The notes beneath the pieces are model-generated. The model saw nothing but the letters and a program-made list of their open reading frames with translations. It did not search any database and had not been told where the DNA came from. Shown here piece after piece: positions 38,181 to 50,519 of a stretch of 64,000 nt of DNA. The translations under genes were made by a program, and so were the position numbers. The DNA is taken from assembly GCA_015485525.1 (NCBI GenBank), contig WFTM01000261.1, positions 12,088-76,087 of the forward strand, in the 5' to 3' direction. Source of the DNA: Candidatus Zhuqueibacterota bacterium (GTDB lineage Bacteria > Zhuqueibacterota > Zhuqueibacteria > Zhuqueibacterales > Geothermadaptataceae). Every line of letters starts with the position of its first letter. The first letter of the stretch is position 1.

Positions 38181-40025
38181 TTACTTTTTTCGAGATCGCG
38201 CCTGCTGTTTATAGATATCCATTCGAGATTTCGGTTTTGTCTTAGTCTGTTTTTTCTTTTTATCAGGTGGCGGCTGTTTCTCATCGAGCGGTGTATCCGG
38301 CACGTATTTCTGTTGAATCACTGAAAAGATATTGAACAGTGTATAATACAGTGTCAGACCGGACGGAAAATTATTAAACATGAACGTGAACAGGGCCGGC
38401 ATCAGGTAGATCATCGCTTTCTGCTTGGGATCCGAAATGGTCGCTTTCTGCTGCAGGTACATCGTCAGCCCCATGATCAGGGGGAGAATATTCACGCCGT
38501 CACCATAAAAGGGCAGGGAAAACGGTAACTGATAGACCGTATCTGGCGCAGACAAGTCGGTGATCCACCCAAAAAAGTAGGCTCCTCGCAGTTCGATCGT
38601 GGAGCGAAAAACAACAAAGAGAGCGAAGAGCACAGGCATTTGCAGCAGCATTGGCATACAACCGCTCAATGGATTAACACCATAATTTCGGTACAAGGCC
38701 ATCATCTCTTCGTTCATCTTCTGCGGATTATCCGCATATTTTTCCTTGAGTTCGGCCATGACAGGCTGCAGCTTTTGCATCTCCTTCATCGACTGAAAGC
38801 TCTTTTTCGTCAATGGATAGAGTACCAGTTTAACCAGGATCGAAAAAACGATGATGACCAATCCATAATTACCGATGATTCCATAAAGAAAAGTCAGGAT
38901 GTACAGTACAAGCCTGCTGATCGGCCGAATAAGAAAAATGCCGAAATCCATCATCTTTTCCAGGCCAAATCCATACTTGGATACAATCGTGTACTGCAAA
39001 GGCCCTAAATAAATAAAAAACTTATCGTTAACCTGGTTAGAAATTACAGGCATCTGCAGAGCAACAGAATACTTTTTGAAAAGGAGCTCCGGAGCGATGG
39101 GGATCGTTCGGCCTACGATTGTTACTCCCTGCCCTTCTCGTGAAAGCGGAACGATCGCTGCGGAAAAATATTTTGTGCGGACTGCGCCCCATTTAATCGT
39201 CCAGTCAGACTTGTCCTCTATCATTATTTTATCTGTGGACACATCAAAAGATTCAATATCATCACCGGTCAAGGCCCAGGCCTTGGAGTAGTTCATATCC
39301 TCCTGAATATTTTTTTCTGTTCGATTCAAACCTCCTGACCAATTCATGAGATATTTAAATCCTCGATACTCTTCACCAAGGCCAGAAGCTTGCACATCGA
39401 GATCAAAAGCATATTCGTCATTCTTAAAAGTAAACGTCTGAGAAACAGAAAGACCGTTTTTGCCTTCGAGAACAAAAACGAGTTGTTGTGTCCTTGCGTT
39501 TTCATCGAGGACAAAGTGATCTCTGTCTGAGCGCAGCTCAAAAACATAGTCGGCAAATGTCAGACTGTCATTTTCACCGGGAAAGGTCAGGGACAAATTA
39601 CCGACCGGATCGTAAATGAGCTCTACCGGAGAACCGTCCGGGCCTGGATAATCTTTCAGCTGCCATGAAACGATCGATGGTCCCTTGGAAGAAATTTTCG
39701 CTATGTACTTATCTGTCTCAAGGGTAACGATTCTCTCTTCGTGAACAGGAAAAAGCGTTTGTACTGAGGGCCTTTCAGTGTCCGATTGCTGAACAGAGGG
39801 TCGAGACAGGGAGGACTGATTTGGCTGTTCCTGGCCTGGTTTGATAACAGGACTATCGTCAGGTATGGTCTCTGTTGAGACAGAAGAGTCAACAGGTGGG
39901 GCTGAATCATAGGCCTGTGGCACCTGTCCATCGAAAAGCCAGTTTTTATAATAATCTGTCGTCGTAAAAACCAGAATCAGTCCTACCAAAATCAGACCGA
40001 TGATTGCATTCTTATCAGTATTCAT
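38181..40025 (-). CDS. yidC: Membrane protein insertase YidC (long periplasmic-domain type)
   Basis: 614 aa; N-terminal TM helix plus a large periplasmic domain; conserved core YGVNPLSGCMPMLLQMPVLFALF; K-rich C-terminal tail. Confidence 0.95.
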   Translation of the reverse strand: MNTDKNAIIGLILVGLILVFTTTDYYKNWLFDGQVPQAYDSAPPVDSSVSTETIPDDSPVIKPGQEQPNQSSLSRPSVQQSDTERPSVQTLFPVHEERIVTLETDKYIAKISSKGPSIVSWQLKDYPGPDGSPVELIYDPVGNLSLTFPGENDSLTFADYVFELRSDRDHFVLDENARTQQLVFVLEGKNGLSVSQTFTFKNDEYAFDLDVQASGLGEEYRGFKYLMNWSGGLNRTEKNIQEDMNYSKAWALTGDDIESFDVSTDKIMIEDKSDWTIKWGAVRTKYFSAAIVPLSREGQGVTIVGRTIPIAPELLFKKYSVALQMPVISNQVNDKFFIYLGPLQYTIVSKYGFGLEKMMDFGIFLIRPISRLVLYILTFLYGIIGNYGLVIIVFSILVKLVLYPLTKKSFQSMKEMQKLQPVMAELKEKYADNPQKMNEEMMALYRNYGVNPLSGCMPMLLQMPVLFALFVVFRSTIELRGAYFFGWITDLSAPDTVYQLPFSLPFYGDGVNILPLIMGLTMYLQQKATISDPKQKAMIYLMPALFTFMFNNFPSGLTLYYTLFNIFSVIQQKYVPDTPLDEKQPPPDKKKKQTKTKPKSRMDIYKQQARSRKK

Positions 40026-40134
40026 GGAAATTCTTATTTATTTTTTGGGCTCGGATCAAATTATTTAGCTGAAGTACGGTGCGACTGCATGTGGAATTAC
40101 GTGTCGGAAGGAAGAGAAAGTAGAGAAGACCTGT

Positions 40135-40485
40135 CTAATCGTGTCTTCTGGCAGCAGGTATAGCCAGCAGGACATCATCAAATTTGCGAACGACTTTATC
40201 AAAAGGCGCAGACAATGCAGGAGGTTTTGCAATTATACTGATACGAAGCCTGGACTCTCGTACAGAGGATAACCTGTAAACCTCCCTCATTCTCCGTTTT
40301 GCCCTGTTTCTGTCAACAGCCGTTTTGAATTGTCGAGACGCAGCAAACAAAACCTCGGGCTTATCAGACGGCAGATAAAAAACATCAAAATAGGAACTTC
40401 TGATAACTTTGCCGTCCTGAAACAGAGCAGCTATCGACGCCTTGCTGCGCAGGATACGACGCTTATCGAGGCCGTGACGTTTCAT
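40135..40485 (-). CDS. rnpA: Ribonuclease P protein component
   Basis: 116 aa with an RNR-type motif (DRNRAKRRMREVYR). It starts 10 nt downstream of rpmH. Confidence 0.9.
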   Translation of the reverse strand: MKRHGLDKRRILRSKASIAALFQDGKVIRSSYFDVFYLPSDKPEVLFAASRQFKTAVDRNRAKRRMREVYRLSSVRESRLRISIIAKPPALSAPFDKVVRKFDDVLLAIPAARRHD

Positions 40486-40495
40486 AAATCCAAAA

Positions 40496-40642
40496 TCAGG
40501 CAGGATCGCTGACTGTCAGTCTCTTTCTTCCTTTTTGTCTTCTTCTCTTGAGTATAAGACGACCCGCCTTAGTACTCATACGAGCACGAAATCCATGCTT
40601 GTTTTTTCTTTTTCTGTTTGATGGCTGAAAAGTTCGTTTCAT
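40496..40642 (-). CDS. rpmH: 50S ribosomal protein L34
   Basis: Hand translation gives [57 protein letters not shown]. It is below the ORF-track length cut-off and so is not listed there. Confidence 0.95.
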   Translation of the reverse strand: MKRTFQPSNRKRKNKHGFRARMSTKAGRLILKRRRQKGRKRLTVSDPA

Positions 40643-40696
40643 CGGTCCTGTATCTCCTGTAAATCTGTACGGTTTCAGTAGTTGAAAAGAACACTA

Positions 40697-40725
40697 ATAA
40701 TAACCATGAGCCCGGAAAAAGTCAA
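40697..40725 (-). promoter_or_regulatory. Sigma70-type promoter for rpmH-rnpA-yidC (TTGACT-17-TATTAT)
   Basis: The minus strand reads TTGACT (40725..40720), a 17-nt spacer, then TATTAT (40702..40697), about 55 nt upstream of the rpmH ATG. Confidence 0.55.
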
Positions 40726-41063
40726 GCGATTAATCGGAGAGCTGAGAAACGGGCAGGAGAGTCCACAGAGTACCGAGGAGAGATACTGAAAAGCTTTCGT
40801 TGCTGCTCTACATGCAAATCAACACTTTCAACATAAAAGCCCGGGATATATAGCAAAGCAGGAAAATTCGCTTCGGTGCTCTGGCAACCTAGCACAATTC
40901 ATCTATAAATGCTGCCGGTAATACAGCCGGGATCATTATGTTTTCCGGGCAAAAATTTCCTGCGTTCATTGATGATGAGCGTCGATTCATGACCTCGGAT
41001 GCATGGTAACATGCTGTGATAAAAGAATGAAAAAGGAAATGATCTATGAGATTTTCTTTTTTC

Positions 41064-41091
41064 TTGACATTGGAGACAGTTTTGATAAATT
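41064..41091 (+). promoter_or_regulatory. Candidate dnaA promoter (TTGACA-16-TAAATT)
   Basis: TTGACA at 41064..41069 and TAAATT at 41086..41091. The DnaA boxes lie between it and the dnaA ATG, a geometry consistent with autoregulation. Confidence 0.3.
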
Positions 41092-41129
41092 CCGTTCGCT
41101 CAACCTACCCCACCGCTATCTTGATAATT

Positions 41130-41374
41130 TGTGGATAACTTTTCTGTATTACCTTTCTTAAAAGAGATGCCAGACAGACCACGAGTCATCAGATAGCGTC
41201 ATTTGTGGATAACTCTGGGGATACCCGTAATAACTATCTGTTTTTGATCCTGTTATGCGGTATGAAGTTATCCACATCGGCTGTGGATAAACCTTACCTT
41301 CTGAAAAAAATGATCTTTTTCATCTAAAATTAATGAAACGTAAACAATAGCTTAACGCAAGAAGTTGTTGATAA
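41130..41374. other. oriC: oriC module 1: DnaA-box cluster upstream of dnaA
   Basis: Perfect TTATCCACA boxes lie at 41130-41138(-), 41204-41212(-), 41268-41276(+) and 41282-41290(-). A 1-mismatch TGTTGATAA lies at 41366-41374. The A/T-rich stretch 41301-41358 sits between the boxes and dnaA. Confidence 0.85.
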
Positions 41375-41399
41375 CTTACCTAACCAATGGGTAAAGCCT

Positions 41400-42761
41400 A
41401 TGCAGCATGCGGCAAAAGAAGTATGGGATCGCTGTTTATCGATCATGCAAGAGAAGGTACCAGAACAAACCTTCCTGACCTGGTTCCAACCTGTGACTGC
41501 TCTGGACCTGGCAGCCAGCTCACTGACAGTACAGGTACCGAGCCAATTCTTCTATGAATGGCTGGAAGAAAACTACAGTGGACTGATCAATCACACAGTG
41601 AAAGAGGTACTCGGAGCCAATGGCAAATTGACCTACTCTATTGCAGTAAACAATGGAAACGATACAGCACCTCTGCATCTGCCCTCGATGAACAGAAAAA
41701 GAAACAGGGTCGCTGAAAACGGTGCGCCACCTGTCCAATTGAACCGTAGCTACACGTTCGATAATTTCGTCGAAGGCAGCAGTAACCAGTTTGCCAAGGC
41801 TGCAGCCCTTGCTGTTTCAGAAGCGCCCGGTGCGACATCATTCAACCCTCTGGTGATTTATGGCGGTGTCGGGCTGGGAAAAACACACCTGATTCAAGCG
41901 ATTGGCAACCTTTCTCTCCAGAAAGGCACGGTAAAAAATGTCATGTACGTTTCCAGTGAGAAGTTTACCATAGAGTTCATCAACTCGATACAGAACAACA
42001 AGACGACAGAGTTCAGTAATATCTACCGCAATGTCGATTTGTTACTGGTGGACGACATCCAGTTTTTCATCAACAAAGAGAGAACACAGGAAGAGTTTTT
42101 CCACACCTTCAATGCTTTGCATCAGAACGGCAAACAGATCGTACTGACTTCTGATCGTCCTCCCAAAGAGATTACGGGAATTGAAGAACGGCTTTTGTCG
42201 CGTTTTCAATGGGGGCTTGTTGCAGACATCCAACCACCGGATTTTGAAACCAGAACAGCAATCCTGCTGAAAAAAGCCGAAGAAAATGGAATCGAATTAC
42301 CGGGCGACGTTGTGCAACTGATGGCCTATAGCGTTAAATCCAATATCCGAGAACTCGAAGGCGGGCTGATCAAACTGCTGGCATACTCATCTCTGAAGGG
42401 CCGGGATATTACCCTCGATCTGGCAAAAGAAGTACTCAAGGATATCATCTCGCACAAGAAAAAACATATTACAATTGAAGATATTCAGAAAATTGTGGCA
42501 GGATACTACAACATTCCCGATGACATGCTGCGGGCCAAGACGAGGAAAAAAGAGGTTGCGCTGGCGCGGCAAATGGCAATGTATCACGCAAAAAATCATA
42601 CCAAGCATTCATTGAAAACAATCGGTCTTCACTTTGGAGGCAGGGACCACAGCACGGTCATTCACGCCATCACCACTATCGACAATTTGCGGAAAAAAGA
42701 CAAACTCATCGCCTCAGACATCGAGAATATCAATAAGAAAATAGAGATGGAATCTCTTTAA
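41400..42761 (+). CDS. dnaA: Chromosomal replication initiator protein DnaA
   Basis: Walker A GGVGLGKTHL, Walker B LLVDDIQFF, and C-terminal DNA-binding helix region ARQMAMYHAKNHTKHSLKTIGLHFGGRDHSTVIHA. Confidence 0.98.
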   Translation: MQHAAKEVWDRCLSIMQEKVPEQTFLTWFQPVTALDLAASSLTVQVPSQFFYEWLEENYSGLINHTVKEVLGANGKLTYSIAVNNGNDTAPLHLPSMNRKRNRVAENGAPPVQLNRSYTFDNFVEGSSNQFAKAAALAVSEAPGATSFNPLVIYGGVGLGKTHLIQAIGNLSLQKGTVKNVMYVSSEKFTIEFINSIQNNKTTEFSNIYRNVDLLLVDDIQFFINKERTQEEFFHTFNALHQNGKQIVLTSDRPPKEITGIEERLLSRFQWGLVADIQPPDFETRTAILLKKAEENGIELPGDVVQLMAYSVKSNIRELEGGLIKLLAYSSLKGRDITLDLAKEVLKDIISHKKKHITIEDIQKIVAGYYNIPDDMLRAKTRKKEVALARQMAMYHAKNHTKHSLKTIGLHFGGRDHSTVIHAITTIDNLRKKDKLIASDIENINKKIEMESL

Positions 42762-42950
42762 GGGGGAAAGCTGAACACGACCTGCTTGATCCATATGTAA
42801 CAGATGAGCTGTAAAAAAGCACTTCAACGGACAAGAATCATCTGCAATACATAACTTTCCAGACGCATAGCTTTAATTTTTTCATAGAACTCACAAAAAG
42901 CACGGTGAGACAACACCGAATGGCTTGAGTGAATTTGTGTACACAGAAAC

Positions 42951-43191
42951 ATATCCACAAGGGTATGTGAATAGCTGTGGATAGAGGTGGACAGACCGTT
43001 AACAAAACCCGACAAAAGCAAGGCGCTGATCGAAATTACAGAGATGTGTGGACAACCTGGTCGAAGTTACCCACACCCTGCTAACAGATTTCAGAAGATT
43101 GTGAATAGCACGTGTATAACTCGTCACAGAAGTAAAGGTAACAAAACAAATATTTTAGAACGCTCTTTATCGAGATATCCACATATCCACA
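42951..43191. other. oriC: oriC module 2: DnaA-box cluster between dnaA and dnaN
   Basis: One-mismatch boxes: ATATCCACA 42951, TGTGGATAG 42976, TGTGGACAA 43047, TTACCCACA 43067, and tandem overlapping ATATCCACATATCCACA 43175-43191. A 2-mismatch box lies at 42986. Confidence 0.75.
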
Positions 43192-43195
43192 CTGT

Positions 43196-43255
43196 CTATT
43201 ACAATAATAATTCTTGAATATTATACTATTTATTTCTTTATTACAAGATTGATCT
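43196..43255. other. Candidate DNA-unwinding element (AT-rich)
   Basis: 60 nt with 10 G/C by my count (about 83% A+T). It starts 5 nt after the tandem DnaA boxes and ends at the dnaN RBS (GGAGGA). Confidence 0.5.
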
Positions 43256-43270
43256 CTTGGAGGATAGAAT

Positions 43271-44392
43271 ATGAAATTTTCGGTGAACAAAACCGACTTC
43301 TTCGTTGCCTTGCAAAAAGTAATCGGAGTCATTCCTACAAAAACTACGATTCCGATTCTCGGCAATATTTTGCTCCGCCTTGAAGACGAAACGCTTTTCG
43401 TATCCGGAACGGATTTGGAAATATCCATAAAGACCAGCTGCACCGTTTATGATACAGAAGAAGGTGCCGTTGCCGTCCCCGGAAGAAAGCTGTTTGAAAT
43501 TATCCGCGAGTTACCGGAAATCCCCATCACGTTAGCTGTGGACGACAGCAACAATATCACCCTATCTACAGACAAAGGAATGTACCGTTTCGTCGGTGAA
43601 ACGGATGACCAGTTTCCGCAGATCGGTGTGGAGGATGCGGAAACATCCTTCAGCATTGTTGCGGAAAAATACATGCGCATGATCGATAAAACCGCATTTG
43701 CGGTCAGCACAGATGAACTGCGCACCACCTTGATGGGCGTCCTGATGGAAATCGTATCTTCAGAGCTGAGGATGATTGCCACGGATGGACACCGTCTGGC
43801 TAAAATTTGCGATAAATCGTTCCATGGCTCCGATCAGATGGCATCGGTCATTTTACCGACCAAGGCACTGCACCTTGTTGCCAAGAACTTCGAGCCCGAA
43901 GCTATGCTGAATATCAGCATCGGCGACAGCCACGTGACCCTGGCAGATGCAAATACGACAATATACAGCAAAGTCATCGAAGGCCAGTTTCCTAATTACG
44001 AGCGGGTCATCCCGATCGACAACGACATCGAAATGGTCGTCAACCGTGAGCTGCTCATCTCTTCGGTGAAGCGTGTTTCTATTTTCTCCAGTGCTTTTTC
44101 TCAGCAGGTTAAATTCAATATCAGCCCATCATCTCTGGTCATCCAGTCTGAGGACATCGATGTCGGAGGCGAAGCGCAGGAATCGATCCCTGTGGATTAT
44201 AGCGGAGACGCGATCAATATCGGATACAATGCACAATATATCCAGGACGTTCTTCGCCATCTGGATACGGAAGAAGTGATTTTCAAATTGCGCGATGGCG
44301 GCAGTGCAGCAATCGTACGTCCGAGCGAACAGGTTGAAGACGAAGACCTGATGATGTTGATCATGCCGATTAAGCTGAACGATGCTGTATAG
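43271..44392 (+). CDS. dnaN: DNA polymerase III beta sliding clamp
   Basis: 373 aa; MKFSVNKTDFFVALQKVIGVIPTKTTIPILGNILL N-terminus; C-terminal LMMLIMPIKL; position after dnaA. Confidence 0.96.
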   Translation: MKFSVNKTDFFVALQKVIGVIPTKTTIPILGNILLRLEDETLFVSGTDLEISIKTSCTVYDTEEGAVAVPGRKLFEIIRELPEIPITLAVDDSNNITLSTDKGMYRFVGETDDQFPQIGVEDAETSFSIVAEKYMRMIDKTAFAVSTDELRTTLMGVLMEIVSSELRMIATDGHRLAKICDKSFHGSDQMASVILPTKALHLVAKNFEPEAMLNISIGDSHVTLADANTTIYSKVIEGQFPNYERVIPIDNDIEMVVNRELLISSVKRVSIFSSAFSQQVKFNISPSSLVIQSEDIDVGGEAQESIPVDYSGDAINIGYNAQYIQDVLRHLDTEEVIFKLRDGGSAAIVRPSEQVEDEDLMMLIMPIKLNDAV

Positions 44393-44503
44393 TCTGAAAA
44401 TCCGGACAGACGTGAAATAGCATACGTGAAGAAAAACAAACAAGACACTCATCCCGATATCCTTGTGCTCAATATACCTACGAAGAAATCGGGATAGAAG
44501 CTG

Positions 44504-45610
44504 ATGCTGCTTTCCAGATTACTGCTCAAACAGTTCAGAAATTACACAGAGCTTGACATCGAGCTCCATCCTCATCTCAATATATTGACAGGAGAGAATG
44601 GACAGGGAAAAACGAATATTCTGGAAAGTATCTACTGCCTCAGTCTGGTAAAGAGTTTCAGAACCTCAAAAGACACAGAGATGGTTCAGTTTGGCCGGGA
44701 TACGAGTACGATAGCCGGCGACTACCAAAGCGACCATGGAGTGACCCACAAGATAGTCATGATCCAAAACGGTCGCAGAAAAAGCATTTCACTGGATGGC
44801 AAACGGGTTATTCGTCACTCAGACCTGATCGGTCAATTTCCCCTGGTTCTATTCAGTCCTGAAGATCACAGGATCACGAGCGGCACACCTGCAGAACGTC
44901 GTAAATTTCTGGATATTCTGCTGAGTCAGGCGAACAGGTCGTATCTGAAAACACTTCAGGAATACCAACGCATACTCAGGCAACGCAATCAGTTGCTGGC
45001 GTTATTAGCTGAAAAAAAAATATCCATACAAGAGCTTGAAATCTGGAATGAGACCCTCGCCGAAGCGGGATGCTCTTTGATCGACAGCAGAAGAAAATTT
45101 CTGCACAACATAGCAGAGCCACTGAAAGAGTACTACAGCAGTATTTCGGAAAACAAGGGAGTTCTTGAGATACACTACGCTCACTCTTCTGTTGAAGAGA
45201 TCGAAACGAAAGAACAATACCAGGAAGCCCTGGCATCAGTATTCGGGAAAGAAGTCGCTTTATCAAAAACAATCATAGGTCCACATCGTGATGATATCGT
45301 TCTCACGATCGACGGCCGCGATGTGCGCAAACATGCATCACGTGGTGAGCAGAAAAGTGTCTTGTTGGCACTGAAGCTCATCGAACTGAACTATTTGAAA
45401 ACGAAAATCGGTGTAACTCCGGTTCTCTTGCTGGATGATATCTATTCAGAACTGGATACAGGCCGGCAGAAACATGTTTTTGAAACGATATGCCGGTTTG
45501 GTCAGACATTTATCACCTCGGCAACCAGAATAAATTTTCCTTCCCCGGATAACTCCACATTTATCGTCACGAACGGCAACCTGGTACGTCAACAAAGCTC
45601 ACCAAAATGA
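44504..45610 (+). CDS. recF: DNA replication and repair protein RecF
   Basis: Walker A LTGENGQGKTNILESI, signature SRGEQKSVLLALKL, Walker B LLLDDIYSELD. Confidence 0.95.
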   Translation: MLLSRLLLKQFRNYTELDIELHPHLNILTGENGQGKTNILESIYCLSLVKSFRTSKDTEMVQFGRDTSTIAGDYQSDHGVTHKIVMIQNGRRKSISLDGKRVIRHSDLIGQFPLVLFSPEDHRITSGTPAERRKFLDILLSQANRSYLKTLQEYQRILRQRNQLLALLAEKKISIQELEIWNETLAEAGCSLIDSRRKFLHNIAEPLKEYYSSISENKGVLEIHYAHSSVEEIETKEQYQEALASVFGKEVALSKTIIGPHRDDIVLTIDGRDVRKHASRGEQKSVLLALKLIELNYLKTKIGVTPVLLLDDIYSELDTGRQKHVFETICRFGQTFITSATRINFPSPDNSTFIVTNGNLVRQQSSPK

Positions 45611-45882
45611 AAGCACTCGCGCAGGTTTTTGATCAGATATTCAAGGATCCCAGACACAGGGCACTGTTAATCGAAGGGCAGGTCTTTACCGCCTGGCCGC
45701 GTGTGGTCGGGTTACAGGTAGCACAAATTTCACGCCCGGTCAGATTCGAAAGAGGGACGCTGCAGATAAAAGTCTATTCAGCGACGTGGCGGAATGAACT
45801 TTCCATGATTTCACCAGATATCATCAGAAAAATCAACGAACGGGTCGGGACGAACGCGGTCAAAAAAATCATCTTTCGCTGA
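45607..45882 (+). CDS. DUF721-family protein (DciA/RemB-like)
   Basis: 91 aa; ATGA overlap with the recF stop; WPRVVG..A..S.P..F..GTL.I.V.S..W..EL pattern typical of DUF721 proteins found between recF and gyrB. Confidence 0.75.
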   Translation: MKALAQVFDQIFKDPRHRALLIEGQVFTAWPRVVGLQVAQISRPVRFERGTLQIKVYSATWRNELSMISPDIIRKINERVGTNAVKKIIFR

Positions 45883-45892
45883 TAAATGCTAA

Positions 45893-47839
<1,947 letters not shown>

Positions 47840-47936
47840 TCGTGGCAGCACAACCATGACACATTTGGTATGATCACCAAATGCCCGCGCAGGAAGCAGA
47901 AGTTAAAGGTACTAATATTTCAGGCAAAGAAGAACA

Positions 47937-50405
47937 ATGAGTGATACGGATCAGGGCCGGGTCAAATCGGTATTTATAGAAAAGGAAATGCGGGAATCGT
48001 ATATCAACTATGCGATGTCCGTAATTGTAGCACGAGCCTTGCCGGACGTCCGCGATGGGCTGAAACCCGTGCACCGGCGCGTACTGTATGGCATGCTCGA
48101 TCTCGGTCTGCGGCCGGGTAGTGCGTACAAAAAATCAGCACGAATCGTGGGTGAAGTCCTTGGAAAGTACCATCCCCATGGCGATTCTGCTGTGTATGAT
48201 ACCATGGTCAGGATGGTGCAGACCTTTTCTCTGCGATATCCTCTTGTCGATGGTCAGGGAAATTTTGGCTCCGTCGATGGCGATCCGCCGGCAGCCATGC
48301 GATACACAGAAGCACGGCTGACGAGAATCGCAGAGGAAGTGCTGCGCGATCTTGATAAAGAAACGGTAGATTTCGCGCCTAACTTCGATGACTCCCTCAA
48401 AGAGCCAACAGTTTTGCCGTCAGTTCTTCCGAATCTGCTGGTGAATGGCAGCTCCGGCATTGCTGTGGGTATGGCCACAAATATCCCTCCCCATAATCTC
48501 AACGAAGTCGTCGATGCCCTTGCTGAGCTGATCGATAATCCAGAGGCAACAGTGGACACGCTGATGGAGCATGTCAAAGGCCCGGACTTTCCGACGGCAG
48601 GTATCATTTATGGATATGAAGGCATTGATGAGGCGTACCGTACCGGCCGTGGTAGCGTGAAAGTACGCGCCAGGACCGACGTTGAGCCGGCTCCGAACAA
48701 TCGGGAGCGGATCATCATATCTGAACTGCCCTATCAGGTCAACAAAAAGAATCTCATCGAGAAAATTGCAGAACTGGTCCGGGATAAAAGAGTAGAGGGA
48801 ATTTCCGACATCCGGGATGAGTCAGACAGAGACGGAATGCGCGTTGTTCTGGAACTCAAACGCGATGCCTATCCTGAAGCGATCATCAACAACCTGTACA
48901 AATATACCCAGTTACAAACGACCTTCGGCGTGATCATGCTGGCTTTGGTCGATGGCCGCCCGATCGTTCTGAATTTGAAACAGATACTGCAGCATTTTAT
49001 CAACTTTCGCCACGAAGTGGTGGTTCGGCGGACGCGCTATGACCTGGACAAGGCGGAAAAGCGAGCCCACATTCTCGAAGGTCTGAAAATATGTCTCGAC
49101 AATATCGATGAGATCGTCGAGCTGATCAAGAAATCCGAAAGCCCGGATGCTGCCCGCACAGCCCTGATGGAGCGGTTTGCTCTTTCGGAAATTCAGGCTC
49201 AGGCGATTCTCGACATGCGCCTGCAGCGTCTCACAGGCCTGGAGCGGGAAAAAATAGAGCAGGAATATCGCGAAGTAATTCAACTGATCGAGAGACTGAA
49301 AGCGATCCTCGACAGCCGTGATCTGCGCATGCAGATCATCAAAGAGGAACTGCTCGAACTCAAGGAAAAATATGGCGATGAGCGCCGGACCGAAATCGTA
49401 CCGGACCTTGGCTCTATTTCGATGGAAGACCTGATTGCCGACGAAGAAGTGGTCATAACCATCAGCCATAAAGGTTTTATCAAGCGTTTTCCGACCTCAG
49501 AGTACCGCACACAGCGGCGGGCAGGCCGAGGATCAACCGGCTCGACAACCAGCAATGAAGATTTCATCGAACACATCTTTGTGACCTCAAATCACAACTA
49601 CATGTTGTTTTTTACCAACAAAGGCAGATGTTATTGGCTTAAAGTCTATAAAATCCCTCAGGTTGGCAAAGGGGCGCGAGGCCGGGCGATCGTCAATCTG
49701 CTCGAGCTGCAACCAGATGAGAAGGTCGCAGCATTTGTGAATGTCCGCGCTTTTGATGAAGACCATTATGTCGTTATGGCGACGCGTCAGGGAATCATCA
49801 AAAAAACAGCGTTGAAAGCGTATAGCAATCCGCGACGAGGCGGAATAATTGCTATATCTATAAGGGAGAACGACAAACTGATCGGCGCGGAAATAACCGA
49901 CGGCAGTCAGGATATCATGGTTGCCACGCATGAAGGAAAAGCAGTGCGTTTTTCCGAAACAGAGGTTCGTGACATGGGGCGGTCTGCCTCTGGCGTGCGT
50001 GCGATCAAAGTCGGAGAGGACGATTATGCCATCGGCATGGTTGTCATCAAAAACCCGCATGGTACGATTCTCAATGTTACAGAAAAGGGCTACGGGAAAC
50101 GCACACCAATTTCAGATTATCCCCGCAAGCATCGTGGTGGCAAGGGCATCATCACGATAAAGACGACGGAAAAAGTCGGTAAGCTCGTTGCGATCAAGGA
50201 AGTCTCCGATGATGACGATTTGATGATCATCACAGAGATGGGGATAGTTATCCGCCAGCATGTTAACGAAGTCAGTATTATCAGCCGAAATACACAAGGA
50301 GTCAAATTGATACGACTCGATGATGCTGATCGCGTCAGCGACGTAGCACTGGTTTATTCGAATGGTGAAGAAGAAGAGGAAAAGGCTTCGGAGCACGAGG
50401 AATAG
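47937..50405 (+). CDS. gyrA: DNA gyrase subunit A
   Basis: [20 protein letters not shown]; active-site Tyr context [10 protein letters not shown]; C-terminal beta-pinwheel repeats; acidic tail. Confidence 0.98.
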   Translation: MSDTDQGRVKSVFIEKEMRESYINYAMSVIVARALPDVRDGLKPVHRRVLYGMLDLGLRPGSAYKKSARIVGEVLGKYHPHGDSAVYDTMVRMVQTFSLRYPLVDGQGNFGSVDGDPPAAMRYTEARLTRIAEEVLRDLDKETVDFAPNFDDSLKEPTVLPSVLPNLLVNGSSGIAVGMATNIPPHNLNEVVDALAELIDNPEATVDTLMEHVKGPDFPTAGIIYGYEGIDEAYRTGRGSVKVRARTDVEPAPNNRERIIISELPYQVNKKNLIEKIAELVRDKRVEGISDIRDESDRDGMRVVLELKRDAYPEAIINNLYKYTQLQTTFGVIMLALVDGRPIVLNLKQILQHFINFRHEVVVRRTRYDLDKAEKRAHILEGLKICLDNIDEIVELIKKSESPDAARTALMERFALSEIQAQAILDMRLQRLTGLEREKIEQEYREVIQLIERLKAILDSRDLRMQIIKEELLELKEKYGDERRTEIVPDLGSISMEDLIADEEVVITISHKGFIKRFPTSEYRTQRRAGRGSTGSTTSNEDFIEHIFVTSNHNYMLFFTNKGRCYWLKVYKIPQVGKGARGRAIVNLLELQPDEKVAAFVNVRAFDEDHYVVMATRQGIIKKTALKAYSNPRRGGIIAISIRENDKLIGAEITDGSQDIMVATHEGKAVRFSETEVRDMGRSASGVRAIKVGEDDYAIGMVVIKNPHGTILNVTEKGYGKRTPISDYPRKHRGGKGIITIKTTEKVGKLVAIKEVSDDDDLMIITEMGIVIRQHVNEVSIISRNTQGVKLIRLDDADRVSDVALVYSNGEEEEEKASEHEE

Positions 50406-50519
50406 AGCCATCTTCCTGGTGGCAAAAGCACGAAACTGAGCTTTGAAGCCTGACAAGCGCCCCACAACGGGACAGAGACAACACCGGGTTACGCGGTAAG
50501 AGGAAGAGAAGGGTGCACC

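Noticed and set aside
42824-43443. ORFs 42824..43021(-), 42987..43217(+) and 43081..43443(-) in the dnaA-dnaN spacer
   Set aside because: They fall in the DnaA-box/AT-rich origin module, lack RBSs, and the last overlaps the dnaN start. They are most likely non-coding.
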